Under the pieces are notes generated by a model. It worked only from the letters and a program-made list of their open reading frames with translations, was not told where the DNA came from and did not search any database. A stretch of 64,000 nucleotides of DNA from Octopus sinensis. Taxonomy: Eukaryota. The position numbers and the translations under genes were made by a program. Each line of letters begins with the position of its first letter. Position 1 is the first letter of the stretch. Below are positions 39,462-53,204 of this stretch, one piece after another. The stretch lies in assembly GCF_006345805.1 (NCBI RefSeq), contig NC_043018.1:17112001-17176000 (forward strand), given 5' to 3'.

Positions 39462-42400
39462 CTTTTTTTTTCTTCTTTCAAATTTTCTTCCATTTCTTGC
39501 TGAGTGTCTTCCCGACTCCTAGGGCAAAGAAACTCATAGTGTATATTGGTAGGCCATTAAACCAAACTCAGTAGTTCGTTCATTTTTTTTTTTTTTTTTA
39601 AAGTTAAATTAAAATGCATGAGCAGCAACAGTTCTCACATCGACAATGCTCTTCTCAATACGTGTGATGTACCAGTTAAGACAATCTTTTGCACTTCTTG
39701 CAGGATGGTAAGCCAGGGATCATTCTCATATAATTTTCGGTTCCTCTTGATCATTCCTAGTGATCCTACGATCACTGGTATTGTAACCGCCTTGAGATGC
39801 CACATTTTCTCAATTTCAATGAGTAGGTTTATATTTTCTGAGCTTGTCAAACTCTTTCGCTGAGATATTATGATCACAGGGGATGCTCATGTCGATCAAT
39901 AAGCAAATTTATTGTTTTGGTCTTTCCAACAATATCTGGTTATTGGCCTTGATGGTTCGGTCTGTATGTACTGGAAAGTCCCACAGAATGGTTACATTTT
40001 CTCCTTCAGTTACAGCCTCAGGGTGGTGATTATACCACTGTCGGCAGTTTTGATATTGTAATGCCGACTTATTAGCCAGTGGAGATATTGGCCAACTCTG
40101 TCATGTCTTAATTTATACTCCACTGGTGCTAAGACTTTACATCCAGAGATTAGGTGGTCCACTGTTTCAATCATGTCGTTGCAGAATCGGCATTTTGGGT
40201 CTGCTCCATTTTTCACACATTGGCCTGGTAGTTCCGGGTTAATAGGCTTTGGTCTTGAGCAGCCAGGATGAAACCTTCGCTCTCTGCTTTTAGCCCTGAG
40301 CTCCGCAGCCACTGATGGGTTGCTTCTGGCAACATCAGCTTGTTTGCTGCGGGTCACATATTTGCCGTGCAGAGGTTTCTCCTCCCACCTATCAGCCAAT
40401 TGCTCGTGCGCTTTTTTCATTGCCATCATTTTCACCTTCTTTGCAACAATAGTTGCCGTACTTCCCTCGGGTTGTTCAGTTTGGGTATCCTGCACGAGAT
40501 CAATAGCAAATTTTTTGCTTTCCTTGATGATAGAATGAAGCTTCTTTCGTCTCTCGTGATTTTCCACGAGCTTTAGCATCCAGTCATTCGATATTTCGAG
40601 ATATTTGGCCAGTCCAATTGGGTTGTTTTGTAAGCTAGTTCAAATTGGATCAGGCCTCGACCTCCTTGGGCTCTGGGAAGGTAAAGGCGATCTACGTCTG
40701 CTTTGGGTGGTGCATCCTATTACAACTCAGCAGCTTGCGTATTTTTCTATCTATATTCTTTACTTCACTCATATTCCAGTTCAACACATTGTAGCTATAA
40801 GTAACAACTGGAACTGCTAGGGAATTTATAGCTAACACCTTGTTACGTGCATTTAGTTCAGATTTCAGGACTGCACGAACTCTCCTATAACATTCCTTCT
40901 GATTTTCTCTTTCATGCTTGCATGCTGAATACCAGAGCCTTCATTTATCCCTAAATATTTGTATGTTTGTTCTTGCTCAAGCTCTCTTATGACTGTGTCA
41001 ACATCTAACACGACTGAATTTGTGGTCTTCACTTTCCCTTTCTGGAAAGTGGCCTTGGCACACTGCTCAAGTCCAAACTCCATCCCGATGTCATCGCTGA
41101 ATGATTTCACGGTGCGCAATAGGCCTTCAAGTTCATTATTGTCTTTACCATAAAGTTTCAAGTCATCCATATAAATAGATGGCTTATTTTTATTGGCAAT
41201 TTTATACCCATATCTTGTTCTGTTTAATTCACTTGTAAGGGGTATTAGGGCTATGCAGAATATTAAAGGTGAAAGTGAGTCACCTTGAAAAATTCCACAG
41301 TTGATGTTTATATTTTCTGAGGCAAGTACTCCATTAGAGTGGTATAATTGGAGATTCGTATTCCACAACGACATATTGTGCTTCAGGAAGTTTGAAATCA
41401 CAGGGGAAATTTTGAAGATGTCCAGCGATCTCAAGATCCATGGATGCGGTATACTGTCGAAGGCTTTTTATAGTCATCCATGCGGTGCTGAGATTTCTGC
41501 GCTTGTTGTGACAGTTCTCAAGGATCATACGATTGATTAGCAGTTGATCTTTGCATCCGTAAGAGCCTCGGCGGCACCTTTTTGTTCAATGGGGAAAATA
41601 TCGTTCTTCTCCATGAATGCATATGTTTTCTCCGCCAGGATAGATGTTAGGATTTTATACGTGGTGGATAGACAGGTTATAGGCCGATAGTTTTTTGGAA
41701 GGTTGGTTTCGTTATTCTTTGGGAGTAGGTAAGTAATGCCACTTGCTAACCATTCAGTGTTTTCTTTGGGTCTCTCAAATTCCATTGAGCAGCTGAACTA
41801 GCTTACCGTGTGCGCACGGGAGCGATGCGAGCCAGAAATTCGGCACCCTATCTTTACCGGGGGATTTCCAATTATGGGCCTTCGTGAGTGCCTTCTTAGG
41901 TCTGCTATTGTGATGTCTTCCATGCTTGCTGTTGTAAATTTTGGTAGGATCCTTCAGTTTGTATAATCCAGTCTGCATTTATGTTGTACGTCTTCTTGTC
42001 ACTCCAAATCCTTTACCAAAAGTTTTGAACTTCTTCATGGGAGGGGGTCTTTAACGGTTACTTTCTCCTTCCCTATAGAATTCTCTGTAGAATTTTTGGC
42101 ATTGGATGTGAACAGCTTATTTTGCTTGTAAAACTTGTTCTCTTCTCAATCTTCGTATTCTTTGGGCTTTTGCTTGGACTTTTTGTTTCAGCGTTTCTTT
42201 TATTGATATCAGTTCTTCTCTTGGTGAGGATCCAATTTTCTCTTCATCTTTCTTCCTGTTCTGGATCTTACATCATTTCCACATATTAGTTCATTTAATA
42301 TTGATATTTCCCCTCTCATAAATTCAATCTCTTTTCAATTTTACTTCTCCATACAGCTGGTTTTCAATTGCCCTAGCAGAAGCGTAAATAATTTCATTTA

Positions 42401-43207
42401 ACTCAGTAAAATCAGGTTTTTATTCTCGTATTATTTCATTTGTTACATAGTTGCCAATTTGGATTTGTTTTTTATTTTGGTTTGTATTTGAGAGTTATGA
42501 AGCGGTCTCTATCATTCATACTTGTATGTCTTACAACTTCAAGCGTATTCAGGATTTTCTGCCTCATTTCTGCTATAGACTCTCTGTGTTCTTCAGCAAA
42601 TGCGAGATCTTCAGTTACTGTTGTTTTTCGTTTTCCTGGCTATCTTTAACAGGTACATAGAATTTCTTGTATCTTCAGGCCTTTGCGTACTTTGGTCAGA
42701 TGGCAGTCTTTCAATTAAGCCTCGTGGCGGGGTATACTGTTCATCTGATTCTTCATTTCTTTGTGTCTTATATTTATGTCATTTTCCGTTGCGTGCTTGA
42801 TCGCGCTTATTTCACTGTCTGTGAGTCTGTTATTTCTAAAGATATCCCTCCTCACATTGCTAATTTGTTCTCGTCCAAATAGGGCCTACTGTCTTGATTC
42901 CGTGTTCTCCATATACTGTAAGAGTTTGCGGTGTGTCTCTCTTGAGATGGCCTACCTAATGCATAGTAATAAGCGTATATTACTTCTTTATACTCTTCTC
43001 GGGTCCATTTGTTCCGCTTACATTTTTTTTCTGTGGTGGTTGTGTGGTGAACTTGGAGGGCTCGAGTTGGGGGATTTCCCGTTCAAGTGACCATCCATGT
43101 CCGTATTCGAGAAGAGTTTGTGCCAGTTGATGACTTTTGGCTCGTGGGGAGACGGCCATCATGGCCGTTACAATTATAGTCGTACCATTATAGCAGCCGT
43201 AGTCGGC
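39462..43207 (-). mobile_element. Apparently full-length R4/Dong-clade non-LTR retrotransposon (RT plus restriction-like endonuclease), frameshifted in this assembly
   Basis: Minus strand: N-terminal RNKWTREEY; RT motifs NYRPITCL, GIFQGDSLSPL, YMDDLKLY, YKYLG; LAAQDQ; CCHC CRFC...HLISGC; PD...D...K nuclease motif; ATG at 43162, stop at 39635; TAA repeats on both sides. Confidence 0.93.
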
Positions 43208-43223
43208 TTATTATTTGTTTATA

Positions 43224-43390
43224 TCATCACCATTACCATCACTATCATCATTATCACCACCATTACCATCATCATTATCATCATCACCATCACCATCACC
43301 ACCATCATCATCAATGATATTGTTTTATGTGTAGTCACAGCAGTATCTTATTATTGTATTTTTGTTTTTTTATCATTATCACCATCACAG
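43224..43390. repeat. (CAT/CAC)n trinucleotide tract
   Basis: Directly visible. Confidence 0.85.
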
Positions 43391-43483
43391 TAGTGTCTGT
43401 CTGTCTCGTTGGCTGGCTGACTGTCTTTTTTTATTTTATATTATTATTATATTATTTTATTATTAATTATTCTTATTATTATT

Positions 43484-44029
43484 GAGTGAGAGAGCAGTGC
43501 ATGCCATCAAAGTGACACTGGGGTAAAATATACGAAGCCCAATATACCCATCATGACTACCAGTCTGATAAAGGTACACCAGGCCATGCATCACAACCAT
43601 ATGTGCGCGACATGGTGATCTCATATCAAGATAAACAGCACATGGCCTTGCAGGTGGGGTCCAGTTGGAATTTTCTTCAGGTTGAGTAGCCCATCCCACT
43701 CAAAAGGTCCCTGAATAAGGTTGTTAAGGATGTTGAAAGAACCACCCATGTTTCCAGAGGTGAATTATTCAAACCCCAAGAATCCCTCTCAACAATGGCT
43801 ATGATGCTCCCCCACTACTTCTGCTCGTGATCAGAGATGCATATCGTCAGCCACTAAGGGACATGCTCAACTGGTTACGGTCAAACAACTGACAAACAAA
43901 TCTGTGGTATTGAGCAGAATATTTGCTGTAGCCCATCTTTTATACCAAACAAAACAATGTACATGATAACACTTCCAATCAGTTAAGATCAGAAGCCATG
44001 AGAGCCACTGCCTGGTACTGCATCAGGGC
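43484..44029. mobile_element. ~545-bp non-coding element embedded in (TTA)n arrays
   Basis: Discrete higher-GC block with sharp TTA boundaries on both sides; resembles an abundant octopus repeat as I recall it (unverified). Confidence 0.65.
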
Positions 44030-44075
<46 letters not shown>

Positions 44076-44080
44076 ATTAA

Positions 44081-44119
<39 letters not shown>

Positions 44120-44131
44120 TATTATTATTAC

Positions 44132-44164
<33 letters not shown>

Positions 44165-44170
44165 GATTAT

Positions 44171-44201
<31 letters not shown>

Positions 44202-44341
44202 ATTATTATTATTATTATTATTATTGTTATTATTAATAGTATTATTATTATTATTAATAATATTATTATTATTATTATTTTATTATTATTATTATTACTA
44301 TTATTATTATTATTATTATTGTTGTTATTATTATTATTATA

Positions 44342-44377
<36 letters not shown>

Positions 44378-44396
44378 GTTGTTGTTATTATTAGTT
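44030..44396. repeat. Long (TTA)n array
   Basis: Directly visible. Confidence 0.95.
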
Positions 44397-44636
44397 AATA
44401 TATCTGATGGCATAGAGCTATACACCTAAGTTAGTATCGTTTGTTGGTAAAGCATGTTCTTCGCTGGCTCAGTAAACAAATCTACACTGAAGGATAAACC
44501 TAAAGCAGTCAGATAGTATCTAACTCGCGAGGGATCGATGCTAGATGGGTCAAAACAACTACAAAAATGGTTTCCATCTTCGTGTCTCTCATTAATCTCA
44601 CGCACACATACCACACAAGATATACATTACATGTAT

Positions 44637-44726
<90 letters not shown>

Positions 44727-44730
44727 TATA

Positions 44731-44778
<48 letters not shown>

Positions 44779-44820
44779 TATATATATATATCTATATAAT
44801 ATATATATTATATATATATG

Positions 44821-44922
44821 TCTTTTACGTTTCGAGCCTACGCTCTTCCACAGAAAGGAACACAGAAAGAAACAAGGAGAGGTAAAAATTGTGTGTAGTG
44901 GCTACCGATCTATCATGGCGAC
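44821..44922. mobile_element. Family H2 copy with a hammerhead-like motif at 44821-44858 (-)
   Basis: Minus strand: ccttt ctgtggaa gagc-gtag-gctc gaaac gta aaaga; abuts (TA)n. Confidence 0.7.
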
Positions 44923-44995
44923 TTATATATATAAGTGTGTGTGTGTATGTGTGTATGTGTGTGTGTGTGTGCGCGTGTGTGTGTGTGTGTGTGCG

Positions 44996-45028
<33 letters not shown>

Positions 45029-45189
45029 GTGTTGGTACTAACAATCAGACATGGGCGCGGGTGTACTTAGTCACCATGATATAGGTTAAATGAATTCCAT
45101 CGGTGTGCGTGTGCTCCACATCTGCGAGAAATTCATTCTAAGCATAGCGAATACCTTTTTTTCAACAGCGAAATTGTTGCAAGCGAACA

Positions 45190-45580
45190 GCTTCGCTGGC
45201 AAACGGCTCCCGGCTCAATGTCACTGCATGTTAGCTTGGATTATTTTCTTCTGTTATAACCCCTGACTGACCAAACTATTGAAGGTAGATCTGGCCGACG
45301 GAGATTAAAAGAAGCCCATCACATATGTGTGTGTGAGTGTAGTTATGTGCGTGTTTGTGTTTGTATGTGCGTGCGTGTGTGCTTGTGTGTGTATTGGTAT
45401 GTGCCTTTGTGCTTGTATTTATCTCCCACCACCGTTCGATAAAATGGAACGCTACGTCATGTACCAGGCATTAGAAACACACGAAGAAGCGACGTCAACT
45501 CTTTCGACTACATTCTCAAAGGCGGTGCCCCAGCTTTGCCGCACCAATGAATGAAACAAATAAGCTAACTAATAAAAAAA
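45190..45580 (+). mobile_element. Old diverged relative of SINE family A
   Basis: Remnants ...gacggagattaaaagaagccc...(TG)n...aaaggcggtgccccagc...tgaaacaaataa. Confidence 0.7.
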
Positions 45581-46522
45581 AATATAAACATGTTTACAGT
45601 TTAGAAGCTAATTACTTTGACCAGAAAATTCGAAATTCTTTAGACATAGCCATTACATCCGGAAAAAAATATATTTTTTTAATTGAAGTCTTAATGAAAC
45701 TTTAATTAAATTATTAATGTCAAATCAATGTATGATTAACGGCAAATCTAAAATGTTATATTCTTAAATGATAATGATTGATGTTACCCTAGTAACACCA
45801 AAATGTCATGCGTCACTGAAAACGAAAATTGACCAATAATACGCCCTCTAATTTTGTTTTCTACTACAATTAGAGAATGATTTTCCTCCAATAATTTTCG
45901 TATCGATTAGGTTAAGACGTTCTTTTCATTTACATACACCTTCTGCTTCTAATACTGCCCTGAAGGCTAAGTTATGCCGTTTAAATCATTAAGTCCCATT
46001 GTATATATTGTTCAGTGTTGATTATTTTATGAACTTTTACAAACATTCTGACTTTTATAAAGTTGAAATAAAAATTATGCTTCTAAAATATCTCTAGACT
46101 CACCACCTATGCAGTCAATTTTTTCTTCAGACACACTTCGAAATACATACATACGATGAATAATTCAACATTTCTGTCAAAATGGAGCAATAAGAAAAGA
46201 AAAAAATAATCCAACACATCATTCAGATTTGTGTATAATCGAATGAATACGCTTATTCTCACTCAGTTTACATCTATTCATGCATATATACGTACATACA
46301 TATATATGGATGCCAGTGTTAACACAGAAGTATATAACGCACCACTAATCAGAAAAATTCACGTGGTGAATAAGAGGTAGCTTTAGCCCAATGATTAATA
46401 TTGTAATGCTTATTTTGGCACGTATAGGACATCATACATGTTTCTGCCTTATTACAACTTTTCTATAAATCAGATATTTCACGATATTAGCTGAAGCAGT
46501 AGTGATATAATCATTAAAAGTA

Positions 46523-46940
46523 AGCGCAGGAATGGCTGTGTGATGAGTAGCTTGCTTATCAACCACTTGGTTCCGGGTTCAGTCCCACTGTGTGGCACCT
46601 TGGGCAAGTGTCTTCTGCTATAGCCCCGGGCCGACCAAAGCCTTGTGAGTGGAATTCGTAGACGGAAATTGAAAGAAGTCCGTCGTATATATTTATATAT
46701 TTATATGTGTGTGTATGTGTGCGTATATGTTTGTGTGTCAGTGTTTTTTCACCCCAGCATCGCTTGACAACGACGGTAGTGTGTTTACGTTCCCATAACT
46801 TAGCGGTTCGGCAAAAGAGACTGACCGATAGGATAAGTACTAGGCTTACAAAAAGTAAGTCCTGGAGTCGATTTTCTCGACTAAAGGCGGTGCTCCAGCA
46901 TGGTCGCAGTCAAATGACTGAAATAACTAAAAGAGTAAAA
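46523..46940 (+). mobile_element. SINE family A
   Basis: Homology to the other copies. Confidence 0.92.
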
Positions 46941-47464
46941 TATTAGACGACTATTCTACACAAATCAGCTTGTCAATTCGTAACGTATGCTTTTCTATAT
47001 TTATGGCCATTAGCAATTTTTGTAACCAGTCTTTTCCATCCCCGTCTGTCTCGAATTTAATCATGACCTGCGTTGCGTTGAATCATTTTCAATATTGTCT
47101 AATTATTCAATTATGTTTTGCTGATATCCCTTAACCTGAAGCAGGCATGTAGTGACCAGAAGTAAATCTCTACCAGCATCTGATGGAAATTATACTTATC
47201 GGACAATAACGCTACAAGATTGGATGTAGGCACTTAACAAATTACAAAATAAGTTACTCGGTTTGGTAAAGAAAAATCGATAACGAAATTAGTGTTCTTA
47301 TTTTTAATGGAATTAACATTAAACATTCAATTAGTAAAATTAGAATTATATCGCGAGAAATAGAAGTCAAATCAATAATTAATATGGAACCATTTCGGGA
47401 AGTACGGAAGGAAATTTTAGACAATTTTAGTTCTTATCAGACTTTCTATGAGGAAACAAATACC

Positions 47465-47692
47465 AATTTCTTTATTACCCACAAGGGGCTAAACATAGAG
47501 GGGACAAACAAGGACAGACATAGGTATTAAGTCGATTACATCCACCCCAGTGCGTAACTGGTACTTAATTTATCGACCTCGATAGGATGAAAGGCAAAGT
47601 CGACCTCGGCGGAATTTGAACTCACAACGTAACGGCAGACGAAATACCACTAAGCATCTCGCCCGGCGTGCTAACGTTTCTGCCAGCTCGGC
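47465..47692 (-). mobile_element. SINE family B, full length
   Basis: 16-bp TSD tgaggaaacaaatacc at 47449-47464 and 47693-47708. Confidence 0.92.
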
Positions 47693-48665
47693 TGAGGAAA
47701 CAAATACCGATTTGTTGGCTGAAAGGGTGGTGAGACTTTCATCAAGTAAAACTAAAAGGTATCGTCCACTAGCGGTTGCAAAAATTCGACATGTTTAAAC
47801 ACACCAGTCACAGATAAATTCTACATGGAAAACAACAAGTAACTTAGGGTTAACATAGACATGATTTGCCGAGGTTTTTGTAATAAATGTGAAACATAAA
47901 CAATGTTCCCTCCTTCTTTTAGCAACAGAGAAAATGATAAGTACTGAATATATTGATTATTGGAAAAAGTCTTTCAGTCTTCGAGCCTACACTCTTTTAC
48001 AGAAAGAGATGAAAGAGAACATTTGGAGTGAGGGAGAGAGAAAAGATGGAAAGATAAAGCAATGTCCTGGGATAAAGGGCTTCAGATGTTGAGAAAACCG
48101 AAAGAAATCGTTCGATAAAAGGGGAAATATGAGTGATCCGGCTGAAACTGGGAAGCGCACGTGCGTCTGTGTGTGAGAATGGCATGAGTGAGCATATATG
48201 CGTGGGATGAGGGGGGGGCAAGCGCCTGTGCGTGTTTGAGGTGGGTGAGCTTCAAATTATGTGACCCTGTGCGTGCGGATAGAAGCATGTGGGTGTATAT
48301 GTATAAATAAAAAAAAGTCCATGCACTGTGTGAGGGATGGGTGTTCTGTATATTTATATCTGCAGATAGATAGTCAGATAGATAGACGGATAGATAGATA
48401 ATAGATAGATAGATATATTTATATCTATATCCATCTATCTATCCATCCATCCATACTGCATGCATGCATGCACATACATACATACATACATACATACATA
48501 CATACATACATACTACATACATACATACATACATACATACATACATACATACATACATACATACATACATACATACATACATACATACTACACATACATA
48601 CATACATACATACATACTACATACATACATACATACATATACATACATACATACATATACATATA

Positions 48666-48944
48666 TTAACGTGTAAGTGGCTGAGCACTCCACAAACACG
48701 TGTAAACGTAACGTGGTTCTCGGGGAGAGAATGAGTGAGAGAATGTTGTGATGAAAGAGAATGAGTGAGAGAAAGTTGTGATGAAAGAGTACATCAGGGT
48801 TCACCACCACCCCATGCCGGAGCCTCGTGCAGCTTTCAGGTGCTTCTGCTCAATAAACACACACAATGCCAGTTCTGGGAATCGAAACTGCGATCCTAAG
48901 ACCACGAGTCCGCTGCCCTAACTACTGGGCCATTGCGCCTCCAC
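48666..48944 (-). mobile_element. SINE family C, 3'-truncated, with an internal tandem duplication
   Basis: Reverse complement of the 60283 family. Confidence 0.88.
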
Positions 48945-48965
48945 AAACACACACACACATACACA

Positions 48966-49022
<57 letters not shown>

Positions 49023-49063
49023 TTATATATATATATATATAATATATATATATATATACATAC

Positions 49064-49112
<49 letters not shown>

Positions 49113-49166
49113 ATATATATATACATACATACATATACATACATATATATATATATATAATATATT

Positions 49167-49215
<49 letters not shown>

Positions 49216-49230
49216 CATACATACATATAC

Positions 49231-49314
<84 letters not shown>

Positions 49315-49335
49315 TATATATATATATATATATAT

Positions 49336-49459
49336 ATATAATTAGTGAATGGAAGAAATGGAGTTGAACGAAGATTGTACAGAATTCCTTTTAGAATGTA
49401 ATAAAAGGAATTCTGTACAATCTTCGTTCAACTCCATTTCTTCCATTCACTAATTATAT
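49336..49459. repeat. Perfect 58-bp inverted repeat with 8-nt loop at the end of a (TA)n tract
   Basis: Arms 49336-49393 and 49402-49459 are exact reverse complements. Confidence 0.95.
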
Positions 49460-49678
49460 TAAAATTCAATTATCCGCACCAACGCACGGTTGCAACACCA
49501 TATGGTCTTATCTCCAACCGTGTTTTTCTGCTGTGATTTTTGCTACCCAGGTATCGGTTAAACTTTTGAATAATCCGTAACAAGATAATTCATCTTTCCA
49601 TTTCAACAAATATATATATATTTATATATATATATATTTATACTACATACATATGTATGTATATATATATAAACAGAC

Positions 49679-49741
<63 letters not shown>

Positions 49742-49972
49742 CAGATAGATATGTATAAATGTATATGAATATGCATATATGTGTATGTATGTATGTATGT
49801 AGGTATATGAACTCATGTATACACACATACGTAGGCCAACATACACGTTCGTTTATACACAGACGTGTTTAAGTGCATAAGAATTATGTATATATGTATT
49901 AATGCGTGGATATATGTGTGTACGTACGTATTAATGCATGGATATATGTGTGTACGTATGTATGCGTGTGTG

Positions 49973-50004
<32 letters not shown>

Positions 50005-50930
50005 ACCACAACTGAGCGACTATATATATCCGCGGCACACACGTACACCACACCGATATATGTTTATTCAGCTCTCATCACAAGCCATCCTTATCGCCCT
50101 GCAAACACAGCTGCCGCCATTTTAGTGTTTGTCTTAAATCTTTTAGCTTCTTTTGTAAATATCGGAAATTACAGTTGGAACAATATTTAAAAGAACCTGT
50201 TTCTCTTTTAGATATGCTCCTTGTCTTTTATGAAATCGTTACAGATATACCTCCTTATATACTGGTCTATATATTCATCCTGTTTTAAATAGGTTTATAC
50301 AATTTTGTTTACTCTTGTCTTTGAATATCTATTTTATGTTTATTTATTCTTTTCATTCTAATTCTACACTCATCGATCTTTCTACCATGATGTCTGCCTT
50401 CTTTCATTCCACCAATTCTTAATAATTGCACTAATTCTTAAACTTTTTCTTTAACTCTCTGATTTTTCGGCGTTAGCTTTGCGTCTTCCGTATTCTGATA
50501 TTTTGTCTGTCCCAGAAATTTTAGCAAAACATCAGTTAGCCACAATAAATTACTCATGCAACAAATATTATAATAAGGACCCCGTCTGTAATAACAATGC
50601 TTATACTTGATGTCCGAGGGACAATAAGCGTCAACGCAGGGATATAAGGTCACTCTTCATAAAATCGCGGTACTTTTTGTTGCTGCGATATAGATAATAA
50701 ATTCTATGGGCAAACTGAAATATTACCAAAATGAGCAAGAACATGCAGGAAAGCAAGTCAGCTAGCAAGTGAAGTTCTTGTTTGTTTGCATATTTTATTC
50801 CTGCCTTCGTTCTTTTAATGAGTCTATTTTACCCTTCTTGGTGTGCGGGTGTTGTGCACGCATCTGTGAATGCGCACAGTCACACATTCACGCACACATG
50901 CACAGATATACACAAATATATTACAAACAT

Positions 50931-51205
50931 GATGGCTGCCCCCTCGTTATCGAGTATGGCCATTGCACGAAGCTTAACTTTTATTGGTGCTGTGATCGAA
51001 TGTGATATTTTAGCCCAGCGAAAAATCTACAATGTCTTGTACGGAATTGGCAACTAAAACCTTTACCAGCAATAGCCGGCTGTATTAGTAACTGGGCTTC
51101 ATGTACTTTTGCATATCGTTTAGTTCCTCCTGCCGAATTACACTCTCTTCCACATGCCTGACAGATATTATTAGTATGGTGTGTGACGCCACCACTAGTG
51201 GCCAG
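50931..51205 (-). mobile_element. 3' fragment of an RTE-like LINE
   Basis: C-terminal zinc-finger-like CQACGREC...AGLKYHIRSQH; 21-bp TSD (1 mismatch) at 50910-50930 and 51206-51226. Confidence 0.75.
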
Positions 51206-51375
51206 ACACAGATATATTACAAACATACATACATACATAAATTGGGATTATATGAGGCAATCGTTTCACTGTCCATAGTGTTTCTACCTGATTAATTCAG
51301 ATTGCAGAAGTATTTTCCCCGAACCCCCTCTCAATATAACGTTTAAACCTATTTACCCGATTAGATATATCAGAC

Positions 51376-51695
51376 GTGTAAGGGGGCGCATGGCTCAGGA
51401 ATTAGAGCGTCGTTCTCACAGTTGTGAGGTAGTGAGTTCGATTCTTGGACAGAACTGTGTGTTGAGTCCTTGAGCAAGACACTTTATTTCACGATGGTCC
51501 AGGTGACTCAGCTGTAGAAATAAGCTGCGACGCCACTGCTGCCGAGCTGTACCAGCTTTTGCCTTCCTTTGGACAATATCGGTGGCGTGGAGAGGAGAGG
51601 CTGGTATGCATGTGCGACTGCTGGTCTTCCTTAAACCACCTTCGCCCGGACTTGTACCTCTTTGGGGGAAACTTCTTAAGTGCAATGACATGGTC
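51376..51695 (+). mobile_element. SINE family D (tRNA-like head), single copy here
   Basis: ggcgcatggctcag...gagttcgattc A/B-box-like head; ccttgagcaagacactt core-like segment; 10-bp TSD tatatcagac at 51366-51375 and 51696-51705. Confidence 0.82.
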
Positions 51696-52720
51696 TATAT
51701 CAGACACCGCAAACCGATGTACAGTCTCTGAGGTCTTTCAACTAGAATCACCTGGATGCGAAGCAAATTTCTAAATCACATACACTTGCCGGAAGAAAAA
51801 GAAGCGCCGAAGAAAATTCATTTGTTTCGCAAACAAAATGGAGAACAAAGAATCTTGCTTAATTAACCTCGGAGTGCTTTGACATGATTAGGTATCTCTA
51901 ATAAGTCGAGATCATTGTTTTGTCAGCAACATAGCTCTTACGAAATGAACTCTCTAACTCTCGTCATATTCAATCTATCAAATGAAAGAGTTAAATAGTT
52001 TATTCATTTTATTTTCTCCGCTAGTATTTGTTTTTGTTTTGTTACTGTTTTTGTTCTTAGTGATATTGTTTATTGTTTTGTTATCATTGTTGTTGCTGAT
52101 CATGTTGTTGTTTTGTGGCGTCTTGTCATATTAGTCGCCGTTCTTCTTGCTGTTTATGCGAGAAGAAATCTATTTCAATAAAAAGAAAGCAAATTTAATT
52201 AGTAAGGAGGAAGAAGATTAAATATTTGAACCTAATAAACAACACAAATAACAAAGACAAAATGCAAACACTTTACAAAATCACAAACATGAACCAAGAT
52301 GAAAGAAGAAGAAGCAAGGAATCAAATATGAGAAAAGTGTGCGACAGCGACCTAAAATAGCCCAGAGAGACAATGGAGCAAATTTTATAAGGAAAAAAAT
52401 AGAAACTATATAATGTAAACGAGATAAGAGTGTAGGGAAAGAGACAGGGGGCAGAAAAAATAGGAGTAGTAGTAGTAATAGTAGTTTCGAAAGAGTGCAA
52501 TGAGGATGCAGTTGAGAAATAAATCAAAAACAGCAATGAATAGTATTAAATGGAAGAAAATTAGGATATAAAGTAAAATTTAACATTGATGGAAAAAGTA
52601 CTTTAAAATGGTTTCGTTTTCCGGGTGAAGTGACTCCGGTTAATGCGACAAATATTTGTGAAAAAACATTTGAACCGTCGTAGGAAGAAGGTCATTACTT
52701 TGCGAAAATAAAGTGTGACA

Positions 52721-53135
52721 TAGGTGCAGTAGTGGCTGTGTGGTAAGTAGCTTGCTAACCAACCACATGGTTCTGGGATCAGTCCCACTGCGTGGCATCT
52801 TGGGCAAGTGTCTTCTGCTATAGCCCCGGGCCGACCAATGCCTTGTGAGTGGATTTGGTAGACGGAAACTGAAAGAAGCCTGTCGTATATATGTATATAT
52901 ATATAAGTGTGTGTGTATATGTTTGTGTGTCTGTGTTTGGTCCCCTAGCATTGCTTGACAACCGATGCTGGTGTGTTTATGTCCCCGTTACTTAGCGGTT
53001 CGGCAAAAGAGACCAATAGAATAAGCACTGGGCTTACAAAAGAATAAGTCCCGGGATCGAGTTGCTCGACTAAAAGGCGGTGCTCCAGCATGGCCGCAGT
53101 CAAAATGACTGAAACAAGGAGAAAAAGAAAAAGAA
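52721..53135 (+). mobile_element. SINE family A
   Basis: Homology to the other copies. Confidence 0.92.
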
Positions 53136-53204
53136 AAAAAAAATATTAAAAGTTTATTTGTGTCTCATCGATCGTGTTGGGGAGAGAAGAAGAAAACAAC
53201 AATC

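Noticed and set aside
43800-43880. Possible HDV-like ribozyme in the 545-bp element (tgctcgt loop, GC, P4-like hairpin, tcaa)
   Set aside because: I found no partner strands for P1 or P2.
22853-49459. Reading the long hairpins as miRNA genes or CRISPR-like arrays
   Set aside because: Near-perfect arms beside TA tracts fit fold-back or transposon origin; there is no repeat-spacer array and the DNA is eukaryotic.
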